A stretch of DNA of 64,000 nt from Candidatus Daviesbacteria bacterium RIFCSPHIGHO2_02_FULL_43_12 (GCA_001776775.1 MFDD01000002.1:169834-233833), one strand, 5' to 3'; shown: positions 10,408 through 20,621, counted from the first letter of the stretch. Numbers and translations are program-made. Notes: a model not told the origin generated them from the sequence alone.

Positions 10408-10857
10408 TTATTTCTCGGCTATTTCTTTTACCTTTGGCAAAACCCGATCCCAAGTCGCACCAGACATTTGACAGTATTTTTCTCCTTCGTGTACTGCTGA
10501 AAAATCACCCTGCAATACATGCAGAGTGGTTACGCCATTTTGCTCAGACAGCTCGTAGGTGATACCATCTTCTTCGGTGACCGGAGGTTTGGCTCCGCGA
10601 ACATCAAGTACCGTAAATCGCAAGAATTTATCCGGCTCCAGGGCCGTTACCTCCCCTTCGACAATTATTATTCCGTTTTGGTCCTTCCAAAGAACCGGTT
10701 TACCTAGCTGCCAGTTTGATTCAATGTGAAACTGCGGAGATCCGCTCGAAAACTCGGGTGCCCAGATATCGGTATCCTCACGCCTAGTTAAGGCCTCCCA
10801 GACTCTCCCAACCGGAGCATTTATTTGAATTGTCTTATCTACAAACAGTTTGGCCAT
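10408..10857 (-). CDS. SRPBCC-fold (AHSA1/polyketide-cyclase-like) protein
   Basis: 149 aa; sequence pattern resembles SRPBCC ligand-binding domain proteins; family call is by similarity recall only. Confidence 0.45.
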   Translation of the reverse strand: MAKLFVDKTIQINAPVGRVWEALTRREDTDIWAPEFSSGSPQFHIESNWQLGKPVLWKDQNGIIIVEGEVTALEPDKFLRFTVLDVRGAKPPVTEEDGITYELSEQNGVTTLHVLQGDFSAVHEGEKYCQMSGATWDRVLPKVKEIAEK

Positions 10858-10932
10858 AGTTAAAGTATACCTCTTTTAAAAAACTTAAGCGGATGAAGAA
10901 ATGAATAAGTATATATTTACAGCCGCTACTGA

Positions 10933-11772
10933 TTATTTTTCAGCAGTAAAGATACAGTACCTAATCAGTCCCTTTTTCATCAATTCATACCACTCGACTG
11001 CTATAGTTGTATTAACAAAATACCGTTGTAAGTTGAATAATTTAATAAGGAAATACGGCAATAAAGCAATCCTTCTTAACCTTTGAAGTGAAGGTAACAT
11101 ATTTTTGGTAATATTTCTTTCCTTAATATTTTTAAAACCTATTTTCTTTAAGTAGCTTCCAAACTGGTCATGTTTAAACTCTTTAAGACCCAAGGCTGCT
11201 GTTCCCTCTATTCCCAAGTTGAGCATTTCCAGCTCCCGGGATGTAAAATCTTTTTCAGGCGCAAGAGTATATTCAAAAAATACGACTTTTCCATTTGGCT
11301 TTAGGATATTTAAAAATTGCCTTAAAGTCTTTTTTAGTTCTGCCGCATGAGAGAGGGTTTCTAAGGTAAAAATTGCATCAAAAGTGTTTTTAGTAAAAGA
11401 GGTCCTGGAATAATCCATTATTTCAAATTTCACTCTACCTTCGAGATTTAATTTCCTCGCTCTGCCTCTCGCCTTTCCTATTTCATAACTATTAAGATCT
11501 AGCCCGACAATATTCACCTTACTTTTTTCGGCTAAGTAACACGCAACCACTCCGTAACCACAACCAGCATCTAAGACCATTTGATTAGGTTTAAGACGCA
11601 GATATTTCGCTACTAAATCAGACATCAGTTGCTGTGCTTCATGTTCGGAGATGTTCCTTTGACCTTCAGGATAGTAACCAAAATGCTTTACCTTTTTAGT
11701 AATATATTCATAGCCAAGTTTCGACTCAAGACTTTTATAGTAACCCAAAACTTTTTTCTGATTAATATTCAT
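10933..11772 (-). CDS. Class I SAM-dependent methyltransferase
   Basis: 279 aa; motif I VLDAGCGYG, Rossmann-fold pattern. Confidence 0.8.
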   Translation of the reverse strand: MNINQKKVLGYYKSLESKLGYEYITKKVKHFGYYPEGQRNISEHEAQQLMSDLVAKYLRLKPNQMVLDAGCGYGVVACYLAEKSKVNIVGLDLNSYEIGKARGRARKLNLEGRVKFEIMDYSRTSFTKNTFDAIFTLETLSHAAELKKTLRQFLNILKPNGKVVFFEYTLAPEKDFTSRELEMLNLGIEGTAALGLKEFKHDQFGSYLKKIGFKNIKERNITKNMLPSLQRLRRIALLPYFLIKLFNLQRYFVNTTIAVEWYELMKKGLIRYCIFTAEK

Positions 11773-11935
11773 ATCGGAATTATACCAGTAAATAATTTTT
11801 AATAGCTGGAAAGTATTCCAGATTTACCACTTATTTCTAAAGTAAAAACAGGTCTTTGTTGCTACATTACAGCCGATCCTATTTTTAAAACTAGATGACT
11901 TTAAAGACCACCTTCCAATAGACAACTTTATGGAT

Positions 11936-12283
11936 TTAAAAAAGGACTCTAAAGTAGAAAAATAGGAAGACTAGTATGTGTATTGGTGCAGTAATTAAAC
12001 CTGGTACATACTTTTTAGCTACTCCTGACCAAACGATATGTTGGACTCCATTGGCGAACATTAGCACTAAGAAAAATGCTTGAAAATACTGCCTATTAGG
12101 AAAATCCTGAAGAAAATAAACACTGATCCAAAACCCTTCAAATACTAACTCAAATAGTAAAAATACCCAAAATGGCATTTTGAAGGCATACCATTTTTTA
12201 TGGAACCCTGTAAATAGTTCTTCTAACACATGTGCAATCTGTACAAGTACACTTATCAAGAAAAATTGCTCCAAAAGACTCAT
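11936..12283 (-). CDS. HXXEE-domain small membrane protein
   Basis: 115 aa, 4 TM segments, IAHVLEELF (HxxEE) motif. Confidence 0.55.
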   Translation of the reverse strand: MSLLEQFFLISVLVQIAHVLEELFTGFHKKWYAFKMPFWVFLLFELVFEGFWISVYFLQDFPNRQYFQAFFLVLMFANGVQHIVWSGVAKKYVPGLITAPIHILVFLFFYFRVLF

Positions 12284-12349
12284 AACTTAACTATACCAAA
12301 AGTGAGTTGTTTTTAGTAAGCAAAAAAAGTAATATTGACCCATAATTTT

Positions 12350-13909
12350 ATGGCTAAGACTCCTGATGGCACCCTGAGATACTTTGACTACATTCCTGGA
12401 CAATCCTTTCGTCCCTTTTTGCAAGCTGCTTTAGATCAGCGATTAGGTGCTCAATACGAAGCTTCGTCCAAAACAGATTACAAAGTTCATCCTATAATCG
12501 CTGATCGTCTTCAAAATATCCGGCTTCTTCCCCAAGATAGACGATACATTAGAGTAATTCACGCTCTTGACCCTGATAATCGTCAGCTTACCGAGGGTTT
12601 AGCCTACTTATTAGATACAGCTAGTACTCCACTTGCCACTAGGAAGATCAAGGAGCGTTTTGCCCAGACAAAAGTTTCCTTAGACGACTGTCTGACAGGT
12701 TTTAGCTCAGCCGAAAAGGGGATACTTGCAGAAAATTTGGCCTTTTTGCAATTGACAGAAGGCTGCACTGTGGGATGTTCCTTTTGCGGGGTAAGCGCCG
12801 CCAGAAAAGTTTCTTCTTCTTTTTCCTTGGAGTCATTAGTTAAGTTTGGCAAAGAAGTCCCTGGCAAGATGAATAGATTATCAACTTTATACTATGCCTC
12901 TGACCCTTTTGACTGGATTGACGGAGATTATACATATCTAGATTTATCGCCTCTTTGGGGTACTTACACCTCTGGTGTTCCTTATATGAGCACATCTTTA
13001 CCACTCGGTGCAGAATTCTCTGTTCTGCGTTTTTTAGAAGCTAATTACCATCTTTATAATCAGGGAAAAGATGCAGCCTCTGTAAGACAGATACGCTTTT
13101 CTAGAACTTCCCATAATGCTGCGCGAGTAGATACTATTTTTAGTGTCTTAGAACAAAGAGGCGTTAGTAAGGACTTTTTATCGACAATGCAGATTAATGA
13201 TCTAACTAAACAAGATTCCATTCGGAAAAATGGTCATTTAATTCATCATCCAGATAGAGATCCGCTAGCCGATGCATGGGGTATAAGTTGTCAAGATGGG
13301 GTATACATATCTCCTGGTCAAGGAGTTCGGGCGGGTATCGTCGAAGCATGTACGAGGGCCTCACCGACCGGATTATTCACATGGCCACTCGAACCCGGAC
13401 GTATGACGATTCCGGTTGAACGCTTTACTGGTTCAAGCGAATATGAGCATCCAGGGACTGCAATTTATGGTCGACTAAGCTTTAGTCTAATCCCTGAAGC
13501 TGAGGTAATGGAGGTAAGAAATGGAAAAATTACAGATCGTCATGTTTACCCCTCCATCAGGCGTGATATAAAAACTTTTCTGGTCGCTCTGAGAAATCTA
13601 GGATCATTAGCCGTTTTTTACAACTTTGAGGACAACACTAGGATATCCAAATTACGGTTTCTTGTAGCAGACGAGATCTCAGAGTTACGTGATGAGTTTG
13701 AAAGAAGAAGAGAAAAGTGTGAAAGATCTTTTCCTCAAAATAAAGATAGTGAAGCAGTAGCAATAGCCACAGAACTTATACGAAGAACGAGTCAACGATT
13801 TGACGAGCTCGCTGAGGTCTTGAAACCGGGGTTTGGAAGATCAGAAATCCCCCCAGGACTTTTGACTGACCCATATGGCAACTTAAGAACAGAGATTCTC
13901 TCGAGGTAA
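12350..13909 (+). CDS. Radical SAM enzyme of unknown function with ~145-aa N-terminal extension
   Basis: CxxxCxxC cluster at CTVGCSFCG ~aa 150; ORF track start 12335 is TTG, first ATG 12350; no SPASM/twitch Cys cluster seen; GC higher than surroundings. Confidence 0.7.
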   Translation: MAKTPDGTLRYFDYIPGQSFRPFLQAALDQRLGAQYEASSKTDYKVHPIIADRLQNIRLLPQDRRYIRVIHALDPDNRQLTEGLAYLLDTASTPLATRKIKERFAQTKVSLDDCLTGFSSAEKGILAENLAFLQLTEGCTVGCSFCGVSAARKVSSSFSLESLVKFGKEVPGKMNRLSTLYYASDPFDWIDGDYTYLDLSPLWGTYTSGVPYMSTSLPLGAEFSVLRFLEANYHLYNQGKDAASVRQIRFSRTSHNAARVDTIFSVLEQRGVSKDFLSTMQINDLTKQDSIRKNGHLIHHPDRDPLADAWGISCQDGVYISPGQGVRAGIVEACTRASPTGLFTWPLEPGRMTIPVERFTGSSEYEHPGTAIYGRLSFSLIPEAEVMEVRNGKITDRHVYPSIRRDIKTFLVALRNLGSLAVFYNFEDNTRISKLRFLVADEISELRDEFERRREKCERSFPQNKDSEAVAIATELIRRTSQRFDELAEVLKPGFGRSEIPPGLLTDPYGNLRTEILSR

Positions 13910-13913
13910 TATC

Positions 13914-14192
13914 CTACTGTAGAGCTTCTGGTAACATCATTCTCCAAACCTCTGGTGTAGTCTGCGCTCTAAGCGCACGAATCACCCGACACCTCGATGC
14001 TAAAAAAGCCGCACCATTTCTTCTATGAGAATCGTCTCCTTCGTGCGGCTCTTTAGCAAAGAAATGACCAACGCTACATCCATCACAAAAAACAGCAATA
14101 GTCGGCATTTTTTGGATTGGGAATTCAGTCTCTCCTGCTGGTTGATAAGAGACACCTGTCATCGTTTCAGCTCCACAACGTGCTATAGACAT
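13914..14192 (-). CDS. Small Cys-containing hypothetical protein (92 aa), convergent on radical SAM gene
   Basis: ATG start verified; GC-rich; 5 Cys including CDGC; no family recognised; could be spurious. Confidence 0.3.
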   Translation of the reverse strand: MSIARCGAETMTGVSYQPAGETEFPIQKMPTIAVFCDGCSVGHFFAKEPHEGDDSHRRNGAAFLASRCRVIRALRAQTTPEVWRMMLPEALQ

Positions 14193-14277
14193 AGGTGAAT
14201 AGTATGTTTCACAAGCGCAGAAGTCAATTAATACCGAAGATTAAAAATAATAGGTATTAAAAACTGAACCAGGCTTT

Positions 14278-14877
14278 TTACTTTGGTGTTTGTTTATCTA
14301 TCTGAGGTCGCTTGGCAATATATTGCAAGATCGCCTGCTTATGAGATACATGACGATAAATAAGCACGAATCCAACAAATAGCATATAGCCTACTGCAAC
14401 ACCAATTGTATTGAATATCACATCATTGATGTCGGCAATCCGAAACGTAGTGTGTGCCAAGAGCCCTGTTACGAGCTGCGCAAGCTCAATAGCGATGCTA
14501 AACAGCGCTCCAGCAACAACTACCTTCTTCATGCGAAAGTTCGTAATGAACGGCAGCCCGAAGCCAAAAGGGATCAGCAGCAGAATGTTGAGTAGCGAGG
14601 TTTTCAGATCCGAAGGAGTAAGGGTGATAAGCGGGATAAGATTCATGTCTTTCCCAGCCGCTTGTCCATTCAGCATAAGGTCTGGTATAAAATACCTTAG
14701 AATAACTAGAGATTGAAATTGAAATAATGTGTAATCCAGAACCTTAACTATGTAGATATAGAATATAGTGAAGAATATCAAATATACGATACTTTTCTTA
14801 TTTCTAAACAAAAGAAACACGGCAACACCGATCCAAATCAAGCCCAAAAGAAGTACAATCAATAAATTAAAATACAT
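14278..14877 (-). CDS. VanZ-like family membrane protein
   Basis: ORF track start is GTG at 14892; first ATG at 14877. 4-5 TM helices and a C-terminal pattern (AIELAQLVTG…RIADINDVIFNTIG) like VanZ-like proteins. Confidence 0.5.
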   Translation of the reverse strand: MYFNLLIVLLLGLIWIGVAVFLLFRNKKSIVYLIFFTIFYIYIVKVLDYTLFQFQSLVILRYFIPDLMLNGQAAGKDMNLIPLITLTPSDLKTSLLNILLLIPFGFGLPFITNFRMKKVVVAGALFSIAIELAQLVTGLLAHTTFRIADINDVIFNTIGVAVGYMLFVGFVLIYRHVSHKQAILQYIAKRPQIDKQTPK

Positions 14878-15088
14878 TACAAATCCTACCACCCTCTCGA
14901 ACTCGCCTCGTTCGACGCGAGTCGAAGCGGGCCAATCACACTATATCATTCCTGATTTACGAACTTACTGATAACTGTCAATTGGAGCTGGTGACCGTAC
15001 TTTGCTCGAACCTAAGACAATCTGTTACTCCAGACTTAATTCTACAACTTCAGTTACTCAAATGTCATTTAAATATTGAGATCTTTAA

Positions 15089-15538
15089 TTAAAAACCTGG
15101 TGGATTATCTGAAATTTCAGGAGTACCGATCCATGGCAGTGGCACTAATTTATATTCGCATTCCCTTGCTTGTAGATGATACTTAAAAAATCCATTACTA
15201 CTTAACTCTTTCGAGAGCTCCCCATATTTTTGCTCGATTACTTTAGCACATCTATTGTAAGCGTATGTATGCACTTGAACCATAAAAAGAATAAACAGAT
15301 AGTAACTGAGAATAAGCGCAGGAAAAATAACAATGATTTTAAAGAGTGTACGGTTTTTTATTTGTAACCAAGCTAATGTTGCAATAATGAATGGGGCAAC
15401 CCACAGAAATTTTATATCAAAATTAAAGGTTGTACATATCTTATCAATTAGCACAAGCAGCAGGAAAGAAAACAATGTCACTAGTACAGTTTGTATAAAG
15501 TATTTGTAAATATTAATCGACTGTAATTTTTTTGTCAT
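15089..15538 (-). CDS. Hypothetical membrane protein
   Basis: 149 aa, 3-4 TM helices, no motif recognised. Confidence 0.4.
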   Translation of the reverse strand: MTKKLQSINIYKYFIQTVLVTLFSFLLLVLIDKICTTFNFDIKFLWVAPFIIATLAWLQIKNRTLFKIIVIFPALILSYYLFILFMVQVHTYAYNRCAKVIEQKYGELSKELSSNGFFKYHLQARECEYKLVPLPWIGTPEISDNPPGF

Positions 15539-15572
15539 TTTCTGTACATTTCTGTAGATAGCTGTTGATTAG

Positions 15573-15644
15573 AGCGGTGGACCGGACTTGAACCGGCGAC
15601 CTTCTCCTTGGGAAGGAGATATTCTACCACTGAACTACCACCGC
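15573..15644 (-). tRNA. tRNA-Gly (anticodon CCC)
   Basis: Reverse complement GCGGTGG-TA-GTTC-AGTGGTA-GAAT…TCTCC-tTCCCaa-GGAGA-AGGTC-GCCGG-TTCAAGT-CCGGT-CCACCGC-T; discriminator U. Confidence 0.9.
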
Positions 15645-15698
15645 TTAAGAGTAGAGTATAGCAAACTCGCACAAATAAAGTTAAGATATAATTAGTTT

Positions 15699-16430
15699 AT
15701 GCGCCGTAACCGTTATCCTTCCAAATCCTATCGGCCACGATCTGTTCGTCATTTTGAACAAAAAGGTAAACAAAAGGCTATCTGGTATTTGACCTTTATA
15801 CTGGTCTTGCTCTATGTCTTTTTTTCCTGGGGAATACCAACAATTATCAAAACAGTTTCTCGTTTCAATCATCCCAAATCAGCGCCCAAGGTAGGTACTG
15901 ATTATATTGAGCTAACCCCACCGGTTTTTAGCATCCCCTACGAAGCTACCCCCACTGCCTCTATCCGTATCTTAGGATATTCTCAACCCAATACAGAAGT
16001 CGCTATCTATCTTAATGACACCCTAGCTACCACGGTTCACACTGCAGACGATGGAACCTTCGAGTCAAGTGCATTGAGTCTGGATAAAGGCGAAAATTAC
16101 CTCTATGGAAAAACAGTTGATTCCTCCGGAAAGGAGAGCCTCTCTTCAAAATCTATCCGGATAGTCCTGAATATCGACAAACCAATACTAGAAGTTTTTG
16201 AACCTCAGGACAATAAAATAGTTTCCGGTGGAGACCGTAAAATCACGGTCAAAGGCAAAACAGACGCTTTGAGTATTAGTATCAATGGATCAATAGTGAT
16301 TATTTCCTCAGACGGCAGCTTTTCAAACGACCTCCAGCTTCAAGACGGAGAAACCCAAATTACTATTGTGGCCACAAATAGCGTGGGCAGTAGTACTTCC
16401 GTCCAAAGAAAAGTTACTTATTCTCCCTAA
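15699..16430 (+). CDS. Membrane-anchored protein with bacterial Ig-like beta-sandwich repeats
   Basis: 243 aa, basic N-terminus + TM, then Thr/Ser-rich repeated beta-strand pattern. Confidence 0.5.
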   Translation: MRRNRYPSKSYRPRSVRHFEQKGKQKAIWYLTFILVLLYVFFSWGIPTIIKTVSRFNHPKSAPKVGTDYIELTPPVFSIPYEATPTASIRILGYSQPNTEVAIYLNDTLATTVHTADDGTFESSALSLDKGENYLYGKTVDSSGKESLSSKSIRIVLNIDKPILEVFEPQDNKIVSGGDRKITVKGKTDALSISINGSIVIISSDGSFSNDLQLQDGETQITIVATNSVGSSTSVQRKVTYSP

Positions 16431-17583
16431 CTGACCAACAAACACCCAACCAAAAAAGCAGCACCAACATCACCGGAGGAAAAAAGAGGCTATTTATAAA
16501 CTGGCTATTGACCAACACCCCAAGCAGCAGCCCTCGGATCACCAAACCTAACTGATTAGAGTATTTAGCAAATATAATCCGGATCCAAAAATATAAAAAA
16601 GCTATTAACCCCGATATTCCGGTGGTCGCTAGTACAAATAGCAGGCTCGAATCAACCCCTGCCCCGGCATGTCCTCCATCCTCGGAGTATGTTTTAGTTA
16701 GAGCCAGGGTATCAAAAGCTAGTCTTAGGTTATTAAACCCCACGCCGAGAACTGGACTAGACTGAAAGACTAGCAATCCGTTTTTCCAAGAATAGAAACG
16801 TTCTATCGAAGATTTATCTACTCTAAAGCCTCCAATAATACGCTCTGAGAATTTAGGGATAGACAAGTAGAGCACTAAGTTTATCACCAGCAGGAGTATC
16901 AAAAGTTTACGGTACTTAAAAAATCCCCATATTAAGCACTGAACTATTAAAAATAGATAGGCTGAACGAGAAAAGGTGAGAATAATCCCACTACAGATTA
17001 AAACCGCAAGCCAGACACTCCACTTCTTTGGCGCCTTAACCCAGCTAAAAAAAGTTATTGCCAAAGTGACATTCAGAAAACTCCCTACAAAATTAGGATC
17101 TAAAAAGGTCGAAACTAGTCTACCTTGATGCGGATCAAAACCAAAAGGGGTTAAGGGACGGAGGTCAGAAAAGACCACAAGTTGGAGGATCCCTAAAACC
17201 GAGATTACTCCACCTAAAATAGCTAATAATTTATTTACCGTTTCCAGAGAGGTCACTTTTTCCTTGATTAAACAAAAGCCTATCCAAAAACTCAGACAAT
17301 AAAAAATAAACCTAATGAGATAAAACCCTCCTTGTAGATGCCCAGAAACTAGCAGGGATAAGACAGCTACTATCCAAAATGGTAACCAGAGTAGTAGCAC
17401 TTTCAATGTTGAGAGGTTTCTCTTTACTCCAATCTGCCAAACTAATAAAAAAACTACCGCTAGTCCTAACATCAAGTCATAGACCGTTACCGAAAGACCT
17501 CCTCCGCCAAAAGGAAATCGACCAAATTCTCCAAATACCAGAGCGACAAAGGTCCCGATCGTTAAAAACCAGACTAAGTTCAT
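16414..17583 (-). CDS. O-antigen ligase/Wzy-like polymerase family membrane protein
   Basis: 389 aa, ~10 TM helices, TFSRSAYL block characteristic of Wzy_C. Confidence 0.6.
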   Translation of the reverse strand: MNLVWFLTIGTFVALVFGEFGRFPFGGGGLSVTVYDLMLGLAVVFLLVWQIGVKRNLSTLKVLLLWLPFWIVAVLSLLVSGHLQGGFYLIRFIFYCLSFWIGFCLIKEKVTSLETVNKLLAILGGVISVLGILQLVVFSDLRPLTPFGFDPHQGRLVSTFLDPNFVGSFLNVTLAITFFSWVKAPKKWSVWLAVLICSGIILTFSRSAYLFLIVQCLIWGFFKYRKLLILLLVINLVLYLSIPKFSERIIGGFRVDKSSIERFYSWKNGLLVFQSSPVLGVGFNNLRLAFDTLALTKTYSEDGGHAGAGVDSSLLFVLATTGISGLIAFLYFWIRIIFAKYSNQLGLVIRGLLLGVLVNSQFINSLFFPPVMLVLLFWLGVCWSVRENK

Positions 17584-18602
17584 ACTTTTATCAGTCCAAA
17601 CCAGGTAATTTTCTTCGGACGAATATTTTGCAGCATATACTCGTCACTAACCTTTTTCATTTGTTGAACCGCTCTTCTTTTCTGGATCAATTTCTGCCAA
17701 TTCTTCAGAATATACCATTCGCTGCTGATTGCTTCCTTAAAATATCCATGAGTACCTAAAAAACGTACCGTATTTAGATTAACCAAAAAAAGCATCAAAA
17801 GATGATAAGGATTTTTAAAGAGCTTAGCTGGAAAGTCGGTAATAATAGTCTGGGTCATATTACGAAACTGCAAATATTCAGTTAGCTTTAAATTTTTTCG
17901 GGAAGTAGCTTTATGTATATGCCAAATCTTAGCTGTCGATTCAAACCAGCCCTTAAATCCGGCCATCTGCGCCCTCAGGCACAGGTCAACATCCTCATAA
18001 TAAGCAAAGAAGGTTTCGTCAAACAGCCCGATTTTCTCTAGCATCTCCCTCTTAAACAACCCGCCGCCTCCGGTAACCAAAAATACAAAATTAGATGTTT
18101 TAAATTTTTCACTCGGCTCACCAAAACCAATATTATCAGCATGACCTACCATATCAATATAATCACCAGCCGAGTCAATTAATTCTGGGTTAAAAAACTG
18201 TAACATTTTTGCCGCTACCATTCCAACCTCTGGATGCAGGTTAGCAGCACTCACCAAATTCCGAATACAATCTTTGTCTACCTTTGTATCATTATTGATG
18301 AGTATAATATATGTTCCCTTGCTGACTAAGATTCCTTTATTTGCGGCCGGAGAAAATCCGATATTCAAAGGCAGCTTTATTAGGTTTACTTGCGGAAAAT
18401 TTTCTTCAATATACTGGATTGACTCATCAGTCGAACCATTATCTACGACAATTATTTCAAAATCCAAAAAGGTTTGGGCTGTTAAACTTGGTAAACAAAT
18501 CTTCAGCAGCTTATGACCATTCCAGTTAGGAATCACTATCGAAGCTGTTACGGTAGTTTTTCTGGGCGGTAATTTAAGTATAGGTGGGTAAATTTCTTGC
18601 AC
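17580..18602 (-). CDS. Family 2 glycosyltransferase
   Basis: SIVIPNWN…VVDNGSTDES, DxD context; GTG start in ORF track. Confidence 0.85.
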   Translation of the reverse strand: MQEIYPPILKLPPRKTTVTASIVIPNWNGHKLLKICLPSLTAQTFLDFEIIVVDNGSTDESIQYIEENFPQVNLIKLPLNIGFSPAANKGILVSKGTYIILINNDTKVDKDCIRNLVSAANLHPEVGMVAAKMLQFFNPELIDSAGDYIDMVGHADNIGFGEPSEKFKTSNFVFLVTGGGGLFKREMLEKIGLFDETFFAYYEDVDLCLRAQMAGFKGWFESTAKIWHIHKATSRKNLKLTEYLQFRNMTQTIITDFPAKLFKNPYHLLMLFLVNLNTVRFLGTHGYFKEAISSEWYILKNWQKLIQKRRAVQQMKKVSDEYMLQNIRPKKITWFGLIKV

Positions 18603-19876
18603 TAGAGTCTTTTGAATACTTGACGCTGCAAAAAGGCAAAAAAGACGACAAAGGACAAAGCCTCAGATAATACAGTTACAACGGCTGCTCCATTATATCC
18701 AAACATCGGGATCAGCATCAAATTAGCCGCAATATTAAAACTAACGGTAATCACCGAAAGAGCTATTACACCGGTTAAGTATCTGTCAGAGGACAGCAAC
18801 ACTAATGATCCGGGAACATGGATAAAGATAAAAGGAATAGTCAAAGACAGGATCAACAGAGTCGGGATAGCATTAATATATTGAGGCAAAAAATGTTGAA
18901 TTAATATCGGCAGAACAACTACGAATCCGAGCAAAACCACAAAAGATGCCGCAAATAATAATTTTAGGGATTTGAAGTAGAGTCTTTTTACTTGCGCCAG
19001 ATCGTTACTATGCAATCTGGCCAGGACTGGAAACATGGCTGTGGCCACAGTTGCAGGAATAAACACCACCGCCTCCAAAAATTTATAAGCCGCACCATAA
19101 ATACCGGCTTCGTATGATCCCCGAATATAAGCAACTAACAAAGCGTCAATCTTGAAATAAATCAGGCCCAACACACCCAAGATACCATAAGGCAGTGACC
19201 CGACAGCTATCTCTCTTAGCATCTCGAAGGAAAGGGCGTGTGGACTGGTTTTTGTCTCTTTGAGATACCTATAACCCAGCTTTATAGGAATAATAAAGAG
19301 CACTAAACAATAAAATATCTGACCCAAGACTATGGCCGAAACTGCCCCAAACACTCCATATCCATTACTCAACAAAAATACCCCAAACAAGGTTGTGGCG
19401 ATATTTAAACACACCAACCCAACCGAAGACCAAAAAAGCTTTTCTACGCCTACAAAGGCGCTGTCCAGCGTAAAGGCAATCGCTTGCGGCAATACTGCCG
19501 AAACAGCCAGCAAAGTAAGGGCCACCCGCATATGATCAGGGTCGCTTACCCGCAGAAATAGGGCAAATAAGGCATAAACTACAGAGATCAGGGCCAGTCT
19601 AAAAAGAAGTACCGAACAAAATAGTTCTGAGAGTTTATTTTTATTATCCTTTTTGTTGCTCAAAAGCGCGGTCTGTCTGGTTAAAAACCGATTTATCCCA
19701 AATTCTGCCAAGGCTGAAATTAGTGAAAAGTAAGAAAGCGCAACGGTATAAAGTCCAAAGATTGCCGGATCCCCTAAAATTTTAATTAAATATATGGTAT
19801 AAAAAAAGGATACTACTTTAGTAAACAATTGGGCCGTCATAAGATAAGAAGAATTTCGAAAGATCCCCGGAGGCAT
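18602..19876 (-). CDS. Wzx-type polysaccharide flippase (MOP/MATE superfamily)
   Basis: 12-14 TM helices; ORF-track start 19930 is TTG, first ATG 19876. Confidence 0.7.
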   Translation of the reverse strand: MPPGIFRNSSYLMTAQLFTKVVSFFYTIYLIKILGDPAIFGLYTVALSYFSLISALAEFGINRFLTRQTALLSNKKDNKNKLSELFCSVLLFRLALISVVYALFALFLRVSDPDHMRVALTLLAVSAVLPQAIAFTLDSAFVGVEKLFWSSVGLVCLNIATTLFGVFLLSNGYGVFGAVSAIVLGQIFYCLVLFIIPIKLGYRYLKETKTSPHALSFEMLREIAVGSLPYGILGVLGLIYFKIDALLVAYIRGSYEAGIYGAAYKFLEAVVFIPATVATAMFPVLARLHSNDLAQVKRLYFKSLKLLFAASFVVLLGFVVVLPILIQHFLPQYINAIPTLLILSLTIPFIFIHVPGSLVLLSSDRYLTGVIALSVITVSFNIAANLMLIPMFGYNGAAVVTVLSEALSFVVFFAFLQRQVFKRL

Positions 19877-19961
19877 AACTTTAGTGTAGCAGAAAAAATA
19901 TCTTAAACAAGTCTTCCTTCCTACTTGCAACAGCCAAACTTACTCTGAGATAATAGGCTTC

Positions 19962-20621
19962 ATGGATAATAGTTCAAATCCACAGCCTTTTACGCCGGTT
20001 GTCCCCCAACCAACCTCATCGCCGGACTCTTCTTCTATGAAAGGTCAGATGATCGAATTTGATGCCGAGAAGCATAACCTAAAAACTTATGTTATTGAAT
20101 TCATCCAGACACTTGCAGTTTGTCTGGTGGTCGGAATTGTCATTTATTGGCAGATCGCCCAACCTCATAAAGTCTCTGGTTTGTCGATGTTTCCTACCTT
20201 TCATAATAATGATTATATTATTACAAATAAAATCGGCTACAAATTTAACCAGCCAAAAAGAGGCGATATCGTAGTCTTGACTAATCCCAGAGACCTCTCT
20301 GAGGCTTTTATTAAACGGATCATCGGACTTCCCGAAGATAGGGTAAAAGTTCAAGAAGGTCATGTGTATATTAACGGCGAAAAGTTAGTAGAGAGTTATT
20401 TAGCCTCCACTTCTTCCACCCCACCCGGAGCCTTCTTAACCGAAGGTAGTGAGGTCTTTGTCCCCGAGGGTAGTTTTATAGTCCTCGGCGATAATCGAAC
20501 CGCCTCATCTGACTCCCGAGAATGGGGATTTGTCCCCAGGCAGGATATTATCGGTCAGGTGTTTTTACGCTACTGGCCCAAAGAGTCAGTTGGTTTTATC
20601 CCCGGAGATGTACAGTATTAG
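19962..20621 (+). CDS. lepB: Signal peptidase I
   Basis: Box B GLSMFPT, box D/E GDNRTASSDSREWG. Confidence 0.9.
   Translation: MDNSSNPQPFTPVVPQPTSSPDSSSMKGQMIEFDAEKHNLKTYVIEFIQTLAVCLVVGIVIYWQIAQPHKVSGLSMFPTFHNNDYIITNKIGYKFNQPKRGDIVVLTNPRDLSEAFIKRIIGLPEDRVKVQEGHVYINGEKLVESYLASTSSTPPGAFLTEGSEVFVPEGSFIVLGDNRTASSDSREWGFVPRQDIIGQVFLRYWPKESVGFIPGDVQY

Noticed and set aside
14893-14940. Imperfect palindrome CTCGAACTCGCCTCGTTCGACGCGAGTCGAAG after the 15089..15538 gene
   Set aside because: Considered as a terminator, but the arms mismatch at several positions and no U-tract follows.
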